Virus record (IMG/VR): IMGVR_UViG_3300020477_000014
Coordinates: 1-64,000 of that record
Source: a virus
Direction: 5' to 3' (one strand)
Length of the DNA: 64,000 nucleotides
Shown: in pieces, positions 1-8,410 of the stretch
Layout: the number at the start of each line of letters is the position of its first letter
How positions within the stretch are numbered: position 1 is the stretch's first letter
Position numbers and translations under genes: made by a program
Notes under the pieces: model-generated
Databases searched by the model: none
The model's input: only the letters and a program-made list of their open reading frames with translations
What the model was told of the DNA's origin: nothing

Positions 1-42
1 CTGGAAGCGGTTAGTTCATGGGTTCAAAACTTCAGTCCTGAT

Positions 43-432
43 ATGCGTGACCGTTATGAGGTGTGCTTAGAGTATTACAAGCCCACCCCATACTATAAAC
101 GTGCCGTTGCTGCTTATGAAGCCGATCCGACATTGGTGCCTTCAATTGATCTATATAATAAGATTGTAAAGAACAAGTACGCTCAAAAGGTACTCACCGC
201 GCATTATGCCGATCCGCTTTATCCGGTTGGATCGATGGTGACAATTAGAGGCAATCAATACCGTGGACACCGAAAGGCTCAGAACTACATGGTTATCAAG
301 AATGACCTACCGATCCGTAACGCTTGCAAAGGCGCGAAAATATACCAACTGCTTCCGGTTGGAGCGGCTGAGTTGGTCCACATAGAAGAGAGATATATCA
401 AAAAACACCGAACCCGAAAGGCAAAACGATGA
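43..432 (+). CDS. Hypothetical protein, C-terminal SH3/KOW-like barrel
   Basis: 129-aa ORF; YPVGSMVTIR...YMVIK...YQLLPV pattern like the other GD(L/I)V proteins; overlaps the next gene by ATGA. Confidence 0.6.
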   Translation: MRDRYEVCLEYYKPTPYYKRAVAAYEADPTLVPSIDLYNKIVKNKYAQKVLTAHYADPLYPVGSMVTIRGNQYRGHRKAQNYMVIKNDLPIRNACKGAKIYQLLPVGAAELVHIEERYIKKHRTRKAKR

Positions 433-662
433 ACTATTTATTTGAGAACATGAGCAAAAAGACAAAACTTAAAGATACACGTATCAATCAAGCGATGAAG
501 TTAGGAGGCATGTTAGCCTTTTCCCTTGCGTTAAGTGATAGCTTTAAGTCATTGGAGAAGGCGCGAAAAGAAGGCTTAACGTCTGAAACCGAGTTAAACA
601 TGTTATTTGAAATGATTGTAATGACAATCGAAAACGGACCATTTACACCGGGTGAAGCATGA
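429..662 (+). CDS. Hypothetical protein
   Basis: 77-aa ORF coupled by ATGA overlap; no recognisable motif. Confidence 0.55.
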   Translation: MNYLFENMSKKTKLKDTRINQAMKLGGMLAFSLALSDSFKSLEKARKEGLTSETELNMLFEMIVMTIENGPFTPGEA

Positions 663-735
663 TCGCAGTATACACATTGATGACAATCTCAGCACTGTCT
701 TGTTTGTTGGCAGTTTACGCATGGAATAGACAACG

Positions 736-948
736 ATGATGAAGATAGGAACACTAATCAAGACAACCCGCGCCCGTATAGGAAGACCCAAAGGTTTGAT
801 CGGGTTGATTACGGGTGTGTATAATCGCGGAAACACTTATCCAATGAAAGAACACATTTATGAGGTCAAAATGATCGGCGGTCGTCGGAACGGTACGACA
901 TTACGCATATTTGAACAAGATTTTAAGGTGCTCAATGAAAATAGGTGA
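736..948 (+). CDS. Small SH3/KOW-like protein
   Basis: MKIGTLIK...IGLITGV...IYEVKMI...IFEQDFKVL. Confidence 0.6.
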   Translation: MMKIGTLIKTTRARIGRPKGLIGLITGVYNRGNTYPMKEHIYEVKMIGGRRNGTTLRIFEQDFKVLNENR

Positions 949-1126
949 CTTAGTGAGAGAACATACAACTACATGTATAAAGCGGTTTAACGCCGTTGGC
1001 ATGGTGATGAAAAAACACGGTGGTCATCCATGGAGCATTGAAAGCATACAAGTATATTGGAACGATACCAACAAATTGGAATGGATGGAAGCGCGAGAAT
1101 TAGAAGTAATAGAAGAGGGTCGTTAA
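935..1126 (+). CDS. Small SH3/KOW-like protein
   Basis: MKIGDLVR...VGMVMKK...IQVYWND...WMEARELEVI; ATG 935 preferred over 911. Confidence 0.65.
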   Translation: MKIGDLVREHTTTCIKRFNAVGMVMKKHGGHPWSIESIQVYWNDTNKLEWMEARELEVIEEGR

Positions 1127-1182
1127 ACTTATGTTTTTCAAAAACCGCCAGCTATCGCCATTCCAAACAGTGTTAGGAGCAC

Positions 1183-1335
1183 ATGATGTATATTGATCCG
1201 ACTTTCGTACCGAGAGAACAACGTAAAAGAATAAAACCTATTGATACAACAAACAACCAAGACAACGAGGATAAGACTAATGAACAGAACAAACAACGCC
1301 AACAGCGTAAACGCATGGATGGAAGATATGTATAG
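1183..1335 (+). CDS. Small hydrophilic protein, 50 aa (not in ORF track)
   Basis: AGGAG SD upstream; MMYIDPTFVPREQRKRIKPIDTTNNQDNEDKTNEQNKQRQQRKRMDGRYV*. Confidence 0.45.
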   Translation: MMYIDPTFVPREQRKRIKPIDTTNNQDNEDKTNEQNKQRQQRKRMDGRYV

Positions 1336-1456
1336 TTTATTGAAAATGAATAACTGGCAAGGACGCACGGCGCGATTACTTTTGTGTGCTGACTTTATTT
1401 TGTGGTCATTGTTAATTTACTTTATCATTGATTACCAGTTGTTCTTTGCCGTGTAG
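1241..1456 (+). CDS. Small membrane protein (start uncertain)
   Basis: C-terminal hydrophobic segment LLLCADFILWSLLIYFII. Confidence 0.35.
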   Translation: MIQQTTKTTRIRLMNRTNNANSVNAWMEDMYSLLKMNNWQGRTARLLLCADFILWSLLIYFIIDYQLFFAV

Positions 1457-1471
1457 CATGGTAATTACCAT

Positions 1472-1672
1472 GTGTCGTCTAACTTTCAAATTGGATCGCT
1501 TTGCATCCCCACACCGTTCTTTGTTGACTATTGGTCAGGCTATTGGATTGTGGTCGAGATAAAAAGAGATAATAACTTAAATGATGTTTTTGTTACGTTA
1601 CACAATTTGATTACTCAAAGACAAATAACTGTACCTCAATGTGATATGGACAATTACTTTGTTTGCATATAG
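1472..1672 (+). CDS. Small SH3-like protein
   Basis: FQIGSLCI...WSGYWIVVEI; similar to the next ORF. Confidence 0.5.
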   Translation: MSSNFQIGSLCIPTPFFVDYWSGYWIVVEIKRDNNLNDVFVTLHNLITQRQITVPQCDMDNYFVCI

Positions 1673-1929
1673 GTGTAGTTACTTATGTGTATATCCATGA
1701 CGAACGCATTGTAAAACTAATCACCGAACACTATTCAGTAGGCTCACTCTGTATCACTGCACCGAAAGCACCACCACATTGGAAAGGATATTGGCTTGTG
1801 ATTCATATCGAAGATTCATTCAGAGCAAATAAGAACATTACCTTAATATCACTTAACAATTTTGATCGTGGATTACGTATAACTTTACCTTATCACAAAG
1901 TGTATGGGTTGTTCTTGTGTATAAGTTAA
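1663..1929 (+). CDS. Small SH3-like protein, paralog of 1472..1672
   Basis: YSVGSLCI...WKGYWLVIHI; shares GSLCI and W.GYW.V..I. Confidence 0.5.
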   Translation: MHIGVVTYVYIHDERIVKLITEHYSVGSLCITAPKAPPHWKGYWLVIHIEDSFRANKNITLISLNNFDRGLRITLPYHKVYGLFLCIS

Positions 1930-2286
1930 AAGTATTGTTAGGTATGGTTAATTACTTTGGTTCTAATAGGGAAACAATTACGTTATGTTTTATTTATTGT
2001 TTGTGTTAGTTGCGGTTTTTTGTGTTCGGCTTTATACCACCACGCAAAACACATTCCCCCCGAAACTGTCTACATGCTCGCAGCACACCGAACGTAACCG
2101 TTCTGTTTTGTTCTGCCCTGTGGCAGCCGCGGCCAACGCAACAACCACACGCAACCGCAACCAAAACAACATGTGATTTGTTTGTTTTGTTCAAAACTAT
2201 TTATTGTTACGGTACATCCTCGGGAAAATCTAAACGCTTGACTGCGCTATATTTTATTAACCCTTCACTTAAAGAGAGTAAAACAT

Positions 2287-2418
2287 ATGAGAGTTAAACT
2301 TAATAAACTTAAACAACTACCAGGACAATTACTAACAATTGCTTTCATGTCTGCTTGCGTTTACTACGCTGTATACAAACACATGCAAAACAATAATGTT
2401 TCAGAGGCTCGCAGCTAG
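2287..2418 (+). CDS. Small membrane protein, 43 aa (not in ORF track)
   Basis: MRVKLNKLKQLPGQLLTIAFMSACVYYAVYKHMQNNNVSEARS*; purine-rich upstream. Confidence 0.45.
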   Translation: MRVKLNKLKQLPGQLLTIAFMSACVYYAVYKHMQNNNVSEARS

Positions 2419-2460
2419 CTTGTTTCGGTGTTTCGCAAAACACATGTTAACGTAAGCGCA

Positions 2461-2568
2461 ACCGGTACCCCCCTCCCCCCTACCGGGAAGTATGTCCCAC
2501 GTAATTGCGCGGTTACGCGAGGCGCGCTAGACCCTTTCACAATACCGCTGAAAAATTCTGAGATTTTT
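2461..2568. other. Palindrome cluster with C6-T-C6 tract; candidate genome terminus, packaging site or origin
   Basis: CCGGTA-C6TC6-TACCGG, GGGA/TCCC, CGTAA/TTACG and AAAAAT/ATTTTT inverted repeats within ~110 bp. Confidence 0.4.
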
Positions 2569-2581
2569 GTGTTCGGAACAC

Positions 2582-2589
2582 CTATTTAT
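2582..2589 (+). promoter_or_regulatory. Putative phage (late) promoter motif CTATTTAT
   Basis: One of at least 14 (C/A)TANTTA(T/C) copies just upstream of start codons. Confidence 0.55.
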
Positions 2590-2609
2590 ACACAACAAAG
2601 GCTTTCACA

Positions 2610-2945
2610 ATGAAACTAACTAAAACACAACTTAAACAGATTATCAAAGAAGAGCTTAACAAGGTCCTAACAGAAACGTATGACGAAGACGCGGCAAACC
2701 TAGCGTATGACATACTATATGATTTCTTTGAGGACCAAAAAGGCTCTAACACAGATTTTATATTCGATGAATTAAAAAATGTAGCAAGACGCACCAAACC
2801 AGGAATCGATGATGCTTCTATAAGAGAAGCAATTAAATGGCACACACGCGATCAGGGTTACGGCGCGCGTTTGATTGAAGATGGATTTGTCATGATCGAC
2901 GGCGAGCGTGAACAGAAGTGGAAGCTTGGAAATTGGGGATATTAA
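2610..2945 (+). CDS. Hypothetical protein with N-terminal LKQIIKEEL motif
   Basis: MKLTKTQLKQIIKEELNKVLTE. Confidence 0.75.
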   Translation: MKLTKTQLKQIIKEELNKVLTETYDEDAANLAYDILYDFFEDQKGSNTDFIFDELKNVARRTKPGIDDASIREAIKWHTRDQGYGARLIEDGFVMIDGEREQKWKLGNWGY

Positions 2946-2946
2946 C

Positions 2947-3327
2947 ATGAAAAAACTATTCGAAAATTGGAACAAGTTTATAAACGAAAACGAGCAAACA
3001 GAAGAAGACACTCTTAAACGAGATATCGACAGAGTTGCAAGCTATATCAATTCTTGGTTTAATCAGAGAGCCATGAAAAATACCTTTGATCGCGAATTCC
3101 CGGGCTATTTGCGCAAGGGGGCGAAGGGCGAAGAATGGAATAAGTATTCCGGAAGAATCAGCTTTAGAAAAGCATTAAGTTATGTTGCGCCCGAGCACGT
3201 CGAAGAATTTAAAAGGCTTTTTCTAAAACTAGCAGACGCTACCGAACAGGATCCTAGTCTCATTGATCCTAAGAAGATTGGTAAAAAAGGCAACCCGGGG
3301 TGGTATGCCCTAGCCAAATCATTATAG
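2947..3327 (+). CDS. Hypothetical protein with N-terminal LFENW motif
   Basis: MKKLFENWNKFINE; ATG 2947 follows the upstream stop at 2945. Confidence 0.7.
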   Translation: MKKLFENWNKFINENEQTEEDTLKRDIDRVASYINSWFNQRAMKNTFDREFPGYLRKGAKGEEWNKYSGRISFRKALSYVAPEHVEEFKRLFLKLADATEQDPSLIDPKKIGKKGNPGWYALAKSL

Positions 3328-3429
3328 GAACTACGCATGCATGCACGATATCGTCAGTAACACCGCCGATTTGTTAATCATACTATTTTTCGGATCAATG
3401 ATAGCAATGTGTTTTATGAACGTGTTTTA

Positions 3430-3437
3430 CTACTTAT
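3430..3437 (+). promoter_or_regulatory. Putative phage promoter motif CTACTTAT
   Basis: Intergenic, ~20 nt before ATG 3459. Confidence 0.5.
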
Positions 3438-3458
3438 TAGCAGGGAATGGAGAATAAC

Positions 3459-4043
3459 ATGAAACTAACGAAACAACAACTTAAGAACCTCATCAAAGAA
3501 GAGTGCGAAAATAATCCACAAATTACGGAATTATTCGGTTTCGGAAAAAAAGACCGCCAAGATTGGTGGGAAGATGAGAAAGATCCAGAACTTAAGCCAC
3601 AGCCGGGCGAGGATGAAGAAGTTCTAGCCATAATACCTCATTGGAAAACCATAATGGACGGCGAATCATGGCCAGGTTTACCTTGCAAAGAAAGACAAGC
3701 CGCACAGTGGCTAGCGAAAGGCAAAGGGTTTTATGGCGCTTATCAAATGGATAAGGCAGCCGCCGGCACATTGCCGTTTTCACGTAAAAATTGTAACAAA
3801 GTCATTCGAATGGCAAAGCTAGCTGCCCTAAAAAGAGTCCGCGCGGATAAACTCGGGTATGATCAACGCCAACGAGAAAAGCAAAAAGCTGCCGCGGATG
3901 CGCGCTCTAGAGCAGGGGATGCGGCCGCGAAAGCTGCTAAAGAAAAAAGACGAGCAATGCACTCCCCAGAACACGGCGGCACTAAAGGTCTTGAAGAGGC
4001 GATTATGAAAGAAGTCTTAAGGGTTTTAAGTGACGGTCAATGA
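3459..4043 (+). CDS. Hypothetical protein with N- and C-terminal IKEE-type motifs
   Basis: MKLTKQQLKNLIKEE ... EEAIMKEVLRVL; GGAG SD favours ATG 3459. Confidence 0.75.
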   Translation: MKLTKQQLKNLIKEECENNPQITELFGFGKKDRQDWWEDEKDPELKPQPGEDEEVLAIIPHWKTIMDGESWPGLPCKERQAAQWLAKGKGFYGAYQMDKAAAGTLPFSRKNCNKVIRMAKLAALKRVRADKLGYDQRQREKQKAAADARSRAGDAAAKAAKEKRRAMHSPEHGGTKGLEEAIMKEVLRVLSDGQ

Positions 4044-4609
4044 GGCGCCTGTTTGAAAATTGGAAGAATTATATGGTGGAGAACAAACTCCGCGTATTCG
4101 ATTTTGACGACACTTTAGTGCAAACCGATGGGATGATAGGGGTAACTCGTCCTGGTGAGGAAAAAACGTACATGACGCCCGGGGAATACGCTGTTTATGA
4201 ACCGGATGGAACCGAAGACTTTGACTTTTCCCAATTTGGTGGTGAGTTAATTAATCCGCGAGAGATCCCTCATGTTACTAAAATCTTCAGACGCGTCTTA
4301 GATGCGGGGATGGATGGTAGGAAGGTCGTTATACTTACCGCGCGGGCATCGAACGCCAAACCTGCAATAGAAGGGTTTATTTCTCAGATGGGTTACGACC
4401 CTAGTTCCATTGAAATTGTGACTTTGGGCGACAGCGACCCGTTTGCCAAATCCGCATGGATAGACAACCAAATCCAACAGGGCTTTAAGCGAGTATACTT
4501 TACCGATGACTCTCGGAAGAATGTGGATGCTGTGGCGGCGCTTAAGGATAAGTACGCGCACGACCCTGAGATTAAGATACGCTCACAGCATGTAAAAGAA
4601 ACTGAATAA
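4040..4609 (+). CDS. HAD-superfamily phosphatase (polynucleotide 3'-phosphatase-like) with LFENW N-terminus
   Basis: Motif I FDFDDT, motif II LTAR, motif IV FTDDS; starts MRRLFENWKNYMVE. Confidence 0.75.
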   Translation: MRRLFENWKNYMVENKLRVFDFDDTLVQTDGMIGVTRPGEEKTYMTPGEYAVYEPDGTEDFDFSQFGGELINPREIPHVTKIFRRVLDAGMDGRKVVILTARASNAKPAIEGFISQMGYDPSSIEIVTLGDSDPFAKSAWIDNQIQQGFKRVYFTDDSRKNVDAVAALKDKYAHDPEIKIRSQHVKETE

Positions 4610-4614
4610 ATTGG

Positions 4615-4643
4615 TTGCATTGTTCTGTGTGTGGTGTTATATT
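4615..4643 (+). promoter_or_regulatory. sigma70-type promoter
   Basis: TTGCAT-17 nt-TATATT with extended TG. Confidence 0.55.
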
Positions 4644-4698
4644 ATAATATAGAAAAAAAATTTTACCGGTTTAAAAAATACGGCAAAAAAATTCGAAA

Positions 4699-4706
4699 CT
4701 ATTTAC
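4699..4706 (+). promoter_or_regulatory. Putative phage promoter motif CTATTTAC
   Basis: Intergenic, before ATG 4737. Confidence 0.5.
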
Positions 4707-4736
4707 TGGTAACGTATTACTTTGGGAGAACATATT

Positions 4737-5555
4737 ATGCGTATCACAAAAGACAAATTAAAGCAAATTATTAAAGAAGAGACGCAATCTCTTGAAGCTC
4801 TACAACAAGCACAAGAAAAGCTTAAAAGCTTGGGTGCAGAGGAAAGAAAATGTTATACCGCCAAGGGGCAATATGATCGGAGAGAGGCTCACCCAGATGA
4901 GTTTGACCTCCGGGCCGCCTATGTTGGCGCCGCCGGTATCGGTTGGGAGGGTGTGAGTATCATAGTATCAAACAAAGAAGCTGATTGGTATGAACAAAAC
5001 ATAGAAGCATGTAATAAAGTTTTCCAACAAGTCGCGGCAGAGCTAGAGGTTACTCAACGCGGCGGAGTTGAGGTGGCAGATCCAACTATGCAAGAAACTG
5101 CACAAAAAAGAGATCCTTATCCCCACACCGAACTTAAAAAAAATCTTACAAAGACTATTAAAGAAGCTAACAGGGGCGATCGAACGTATAATTCCAAAGA
5201 AGCACAAAGAGAGTTTATAGGGGCACTTGCAAAATACGGCATCAGAACTCAAACGGAACAAGACCTAATTCAGAAACAAGTAGAAATTGCAAAAAATTTG
5301 TCCACAAACCCTAAACTTAAAGGTCTAGGGATTGGTACTCCTAAATTTGCTGCCACTTATATACCAACTCGAGGCTTGCCCCCAAAAGCGTGGCTAGACC
5401 CTATGGTCGTCGACGAGTGGGCTCGAGTAAACAATAAAAAGCCCCAAGCGGCAGCTACTTCTGCGCAGAAAAAAGACCCTGGACATGTCAGACTTCGAAA
5501 ATGGATTGGCAAAGCTATCAAAGAAGAATTAAAAAACATGGACAACGAACAATGA
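4737..5555 (+). CDS. Hypothetical protein with N- and C-terminal IIKEE motifs
   Basis: MRITKDKLKQIIKEE ... IGKAIKEELKNM. Confidence 0.75.
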   Translation: MRITKDKLKQIIKEETQSLEALQQAQEKLKSLGAEERKCYTAKGQYDRREAHPDEFDLRAAYVGAAGIGWEGVSIIVSNKEADWYEQNIEACNKVFQQVAAELEVTQRGGVEVADPTMQETAQKRDPYPHTELKKNLTKTIKEANRGDRTYNSKEAQREFIGALAKYGIRTQTEQDLIQKQVEIAKNLSTNPKLKGLGIGTPKFAATYIPTRGLPPKAWLDPMVVDEWARVNNKKPQAAATSAQKKDPGHVRLRKWIGKAIKEELKNMDNEQ

Positions 5556-6433
5556 GGATTATAAAAAGTGATCTTCGACAACTTATTCAAGAAGTTATTG
5601 AAGAAGAATCGTTAGTCGAGGGTACCCAAGACAAGCGTTTTGAAGAATTCGAAGATGACGTCATGGAAATCGGAAGCGATGGCGGTGGTCAAGTAGAAAT
5701 AAAAGATCTTATCACTCGATTATCTGATAAATATAATCCGGATGAAATACAAAATATGATAAGCATCCTAGTCGATGGTGGTACTCTTACACAACTTGGA
5801 GATTCTGAGTTTTTCTCTATTCCTGACGATCGAAAAATATACCAAGATGACGAACCCGCGTGGGCTGACACAAGCGCACAAGGTGGCATTTCCCAACAGC
5901 AATACTCAGATGATCTAGCGATGCAAGGCGGTCCCTGGTATTATGAGGGCGATGAGGAAGAAGAATTATCTAAACAGATCAACGAAGAAAAACTTTCGAA
6001 AGAAGATTATAACTACTGGTACCGTCGTGGGGTGAAAGCATATAATGATGCCGATGATTCACCAGATGAGCTTGATGATGATGGTACAACATTGACCCAG
6101 TTAAAATTTGATGCATGGGAAATGGGATATAATGATGCCGAAGAGTGGGCTGAACAAAAATGGCGTGAAGAAAACGAACAATATCATCGATACAGCGAGG
6201 GATTTGATCCAAAAAACCCAAATAGACCAGATGAGTATAATTTGGGTTTGGTAAAGACTCACAGGGGCGCGCTTAATGTAACAGCGAAATTATCCGATGA
6301 AGAAATCGAAGCTGCCGGACCCGAAAAATGGGATAATTGGGCTTTTCAGATTAGGCAAGCTAAAAATATAGTTGCGTTGGGTGAAGATGTTGAACGAATG
6401 ATTAGAGAAGAGTTAACTGAGCTATTAAAATGA
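5552..6433 (+). CDS. Acidic hypothetical protein with terminal IQEV/IREEL motifs
   Basis: MRIIKSDLRQLIQEVIEEE ... MIREELTELLK; ATGA overlaps at both ends. Confidence 0.75.
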   Translation: MRIIKSDLRQLIQEVIEEESLVEGTQDKRFEEFEDDVMEIGSDGGGQVEIKDLITRLSDKYNPDEIQNMISILVDGGTLTQLGDSEFFSIPDDRKIYQDDEPAWADTSAQGGISQQQYSDDLAMQGGPWYYEGDEEEELSKQINEEKLSKEDYNYWYRRGVKAYNDADDSPDELDDDGTTLTQLKFDAWEMGYNDAEEWAEQKWREENEQYHRYSEGFDPKNPNRPDEYNLGLVKTHRGALNVTAKLSDEEIEAAGPEKWDNWAFQIRQAKNIVALGEDVERMIREELTELLK

Positions 6434-6687
6434 GCCTTTCTAAACAACAAATCATAGAACTCATTAATGAAGAGCTTACCAAAACGGATAAGTCCGAGAT
6501 CAAAACCATGATTAACAAAGCTCTCGACAAAGAAGTTGCGAAAGCTGTTAAAGACGAGCTTGAAAAAGCGATGAAATCAACAGATTTAAAATCAGATATC
6601 GGGGATATAGCTAAAAAAGTTATTAAAAAACTTTATAAAGACTTGTCTTTCCATCATCCATATATAATTGACCGCATCAAGGTATAA
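6430..6687 (+). CDS. Small helical protein built of INEEL/VKDEL-like repeats
   Basis: MSLSKQQIIELINEEL...AVKDELEK. Confidence 0.7.
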   Translation: MSLSKQQIIELINEELTKTDKSEIKTMINKALDKEVAKAVKDELEKAMKSTDLKSDIGDIAKKVIKKLYKDLSFHHPYIIDRIKV

Positions 6688-6688
6688 T

Positions 6689-6934
6689 ATGAGTAATTCC
6701 ACAACACTTGGTATAGATGAATCCAAGACAACTCTCTCAGTAGATCCCTTCACTAACATTTATCCTACCGCAAAGAACGGCAATTGGATTAAAGATCTTA
6801 CCCAATCACGCCGCGGGGTAGGTCTTGTAAAATCCATTAACACTCAAACCAAAGGCATGCAAGTGTGGTGGCCAAAAAGTGGCAAAACAAGTTGGATGGT
6901 TGTTGAAAATTATGGGCACTATAAAGTAATTTGA
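6689..6934 (+). CDS. SH3-like hypothetical protein
   Basis: GVGLVKSI...MQVWWPK...SWM pattern. Confidence 0.55.
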   Translation: MSNSTTLGIDESKTTLSVDPFTNIYPTAKNGNWIKDLTQSRRGVGLVKSINTQTKGMQVWWPKSGKTSWMVVENYGHYKVI

Positions 6935-6935
6935 A

Positions 6936-6943
6936 CTATTTAT
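6936..6943 (+). promoter_or_regulatory. Putative phage promoter motif CTATTTAT
   Basis: Intergenic, before ATG 6971. Confidence 0.5.
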
Positions 6944-6970
6944 AGGTCTTCATAATAAGGGCGATTTCTT

Positions 6971-7261
6971 ATGAAAATCTTAAAATATTTAGCAATTTTA
7001 GTCTTTTTGGGAATTTTATCAACCAGTATAGCCGGCACATATTTACCAGCTAGTGGAAACATGATAGAAGAACCCTCCATTGCACCAAATTTAATAATGC
7101 CAAGAATTTATATACCGGGCATACCAAAGAGTCCAGATTATTTAGAGCATTATTCTCCTGACAATTATTGCGCACAAATCCCCCTACATTACACAAATCA
7201 AAGAGATTTGGTAGATTGTTTCAAACTCAAAGAAAGATGGCTGCGCCTTAACGACCGATAA
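6971..7261 (+). CDS. Secreted or membrane-anchored hypothetical protein
   Basis: Signal-like N-terminus MKILKYLAILVFLGILSTSIAG. Confidence 0.6.
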   Translation: MKILKYLAILVFLGILSTSIAGTYLPASGNMIEEPSIAPNLIMPRIYIPGIPKSPDYLEHYSPDNYCAQIPLHYTNQRDLVDCFKLKERWLRLNDR

Positions 7262-7276
7262 TCGACTATATAAAGT

Positions 7277-7582
7277 ATGCACAAAAGCATATTTAAAGTT
7301 GGCGACATGGTTATCGATCTGCATTCTCGAGAAATAGGATTGTTGATTGAAAGATATGATGTTTTTGAAGGATTTTGGAAATCTCAATCATTAGAGTCCG
7401 GTGATTCAGAAATTGGACCGATTTATGCATGGGAAATTTTATGGAGTGGTGGCGCCAACAAATCTTATGACGGAAGATTAACGAGCCGGCATGGTTCTTA
7501 TACCGAAATGGGACTAATCAGCCTTATTAGAGATGGTCAGTTTGATTTGATCAAAAAAGACGACTCTGGTGCTATTAAGTGA
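7277..7582 (+). CDS. SH3/KOW-like protein, Trp-rich subfamily
   Basis: FKVGDMVID...IGLLIER...AWEILW...EMGLISLIRDG. Confidence 0.65.
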   Translation: MHKSIFKVGDMVIDLHSREIGLLIERYDVFEGFWKSQSLESGDSEIGPIYAWEILWSGGANKSYDGRLTSRHGSYTEMGLISLIRDGQFDLIKKDDSGAIK

Positions 7583-7899
7583 CAATCCTTGAAGAAGAAC
7601 TAAAAAGAATTCAACTTCATGTGGGCGACATAGTTATCCAAAGATCAACCGGTTATGTCGGTATTCTCATGGAAAAATTTCAGAAATTTCCGCCAGGGTA
7701 TATAGCTGTTGACGTTATGGAAGATATATACTTCTGGCGTATCGAGTGGCTTAAAAATATCACTCGAAACCACTCAACACTACAAAAGATATTTTTAAAT
7801 CCAGTACTGGAAGAAGAAGGTTTAAAAATGTCAATTATGCTTGGCAATATAGAACATTATCCCAACGAATCATTTAAAGAAGATTATGATGAAATATAA
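7579..7899 (+). CDS. SH3/KOW-like protein, Trp-rich subfamily
   Basis: LHVGDIVIQ...VGILMEK...FWRIEW...EEGLKMSIMLG; GTG start. Confidence 0.65.
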   Translation: MTILEEELKRIQLHVGDIVIQRSTGYVGILMEKFQKFPPGYIAVDVMEDIYFWRIEWLKNITRNHSTLQKIFLNPVLEEEGLKMSIMLGNIEHYPNESFKEDYDEI

Positions 7900-7910
7900 A
7901 AAATACATTA

Positions 7911-8228
7911 TTGCATTTCGACGCCAAAAGGCTTATATTAGGAATAAAACCAGTGATCGAAAAAGAGAATTCAGAAACTTTGAACATTGAAGACTTTACT
8001 TTGGGAGATCTTGTGTCCATTGCTTCCCATCGTCCTCTTATAGAAGAAATCTCATTTGGAGAAGAAGGCGAACATACTTATGGAATTGTAGTAAAAGATC
8101 GAAGAAATACTTCTAAAATTAAAAGTTTTATGCCTCAAATTGCGATCTATGTCTTCAAAAGCCAACAAGTGGAATTTCATTGGCCCAGTTATTTAACCAT
8201 TATTTCTTCTACTTATAAAAGAGGGTGA
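7911..8228 (+). CDS. SH3/KOW-like protein (start uncertain)
   Basis: FTLGDLVSI...YGIVVKD. Confidence 0.55.
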   Translation: MHFDAKRLILGIKPVIEKENSETLNIEDFTLGDLVSIASHRPLIEEISFGEEGEHTYGIVVKDRRNTSKIKSFMPQIAIYVFKSQQVEFHWPSYLTIISSTYKRG

Positions 8229-8235
8229 TAACATA

Positions 8236-8391
8236 ATGATAAAGAAAGTCTTAATTCCTCTTTGTGTTTTTTGTATTTTTTTGAACCTAGCATTGTTGGG
8301 GTTTAGCAATGCAATTGAATCAACACAAACACAATTATTGGCTATATTAAATATCTTACTTTTATCTTGTGTTTTTGTACCTCGAACTTAA
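8236..8391 (+). CDS. Small two-helix membrane protein, 51 aa (not in ORF track)
   Basis: MIKKVLIPLCVFCIFLNLALLGFSNAIESTQTQLLAILNILLLSCVFVPRT*; fills the intergenic gap. Confidence 0.5.
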   Translation: MIKKVLIPLCVFCIFLNLALLGFSNAIESTQTQLLAILNILLLSCVFVPRT

Positions 8392-8410
8392 TATAAAAGG
8401 GCTAGTAGAG

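Larger units (their letters stand above)
2017..2576. repeat. 13-bp direct repeat TTTTTGTGTTCGG (2017-2029 and 2564-2576)
   Basis: Exact copies read from the sequence, bracketing a largely non-coding region. Confidence 0.6.

Noticed and set aside
1985-2297. ORFs 1985..2176, 2006..2194 and 2010..2297
   Set aside because: Low-complexity, mutually overlapping frames without SD; better read as non-coding
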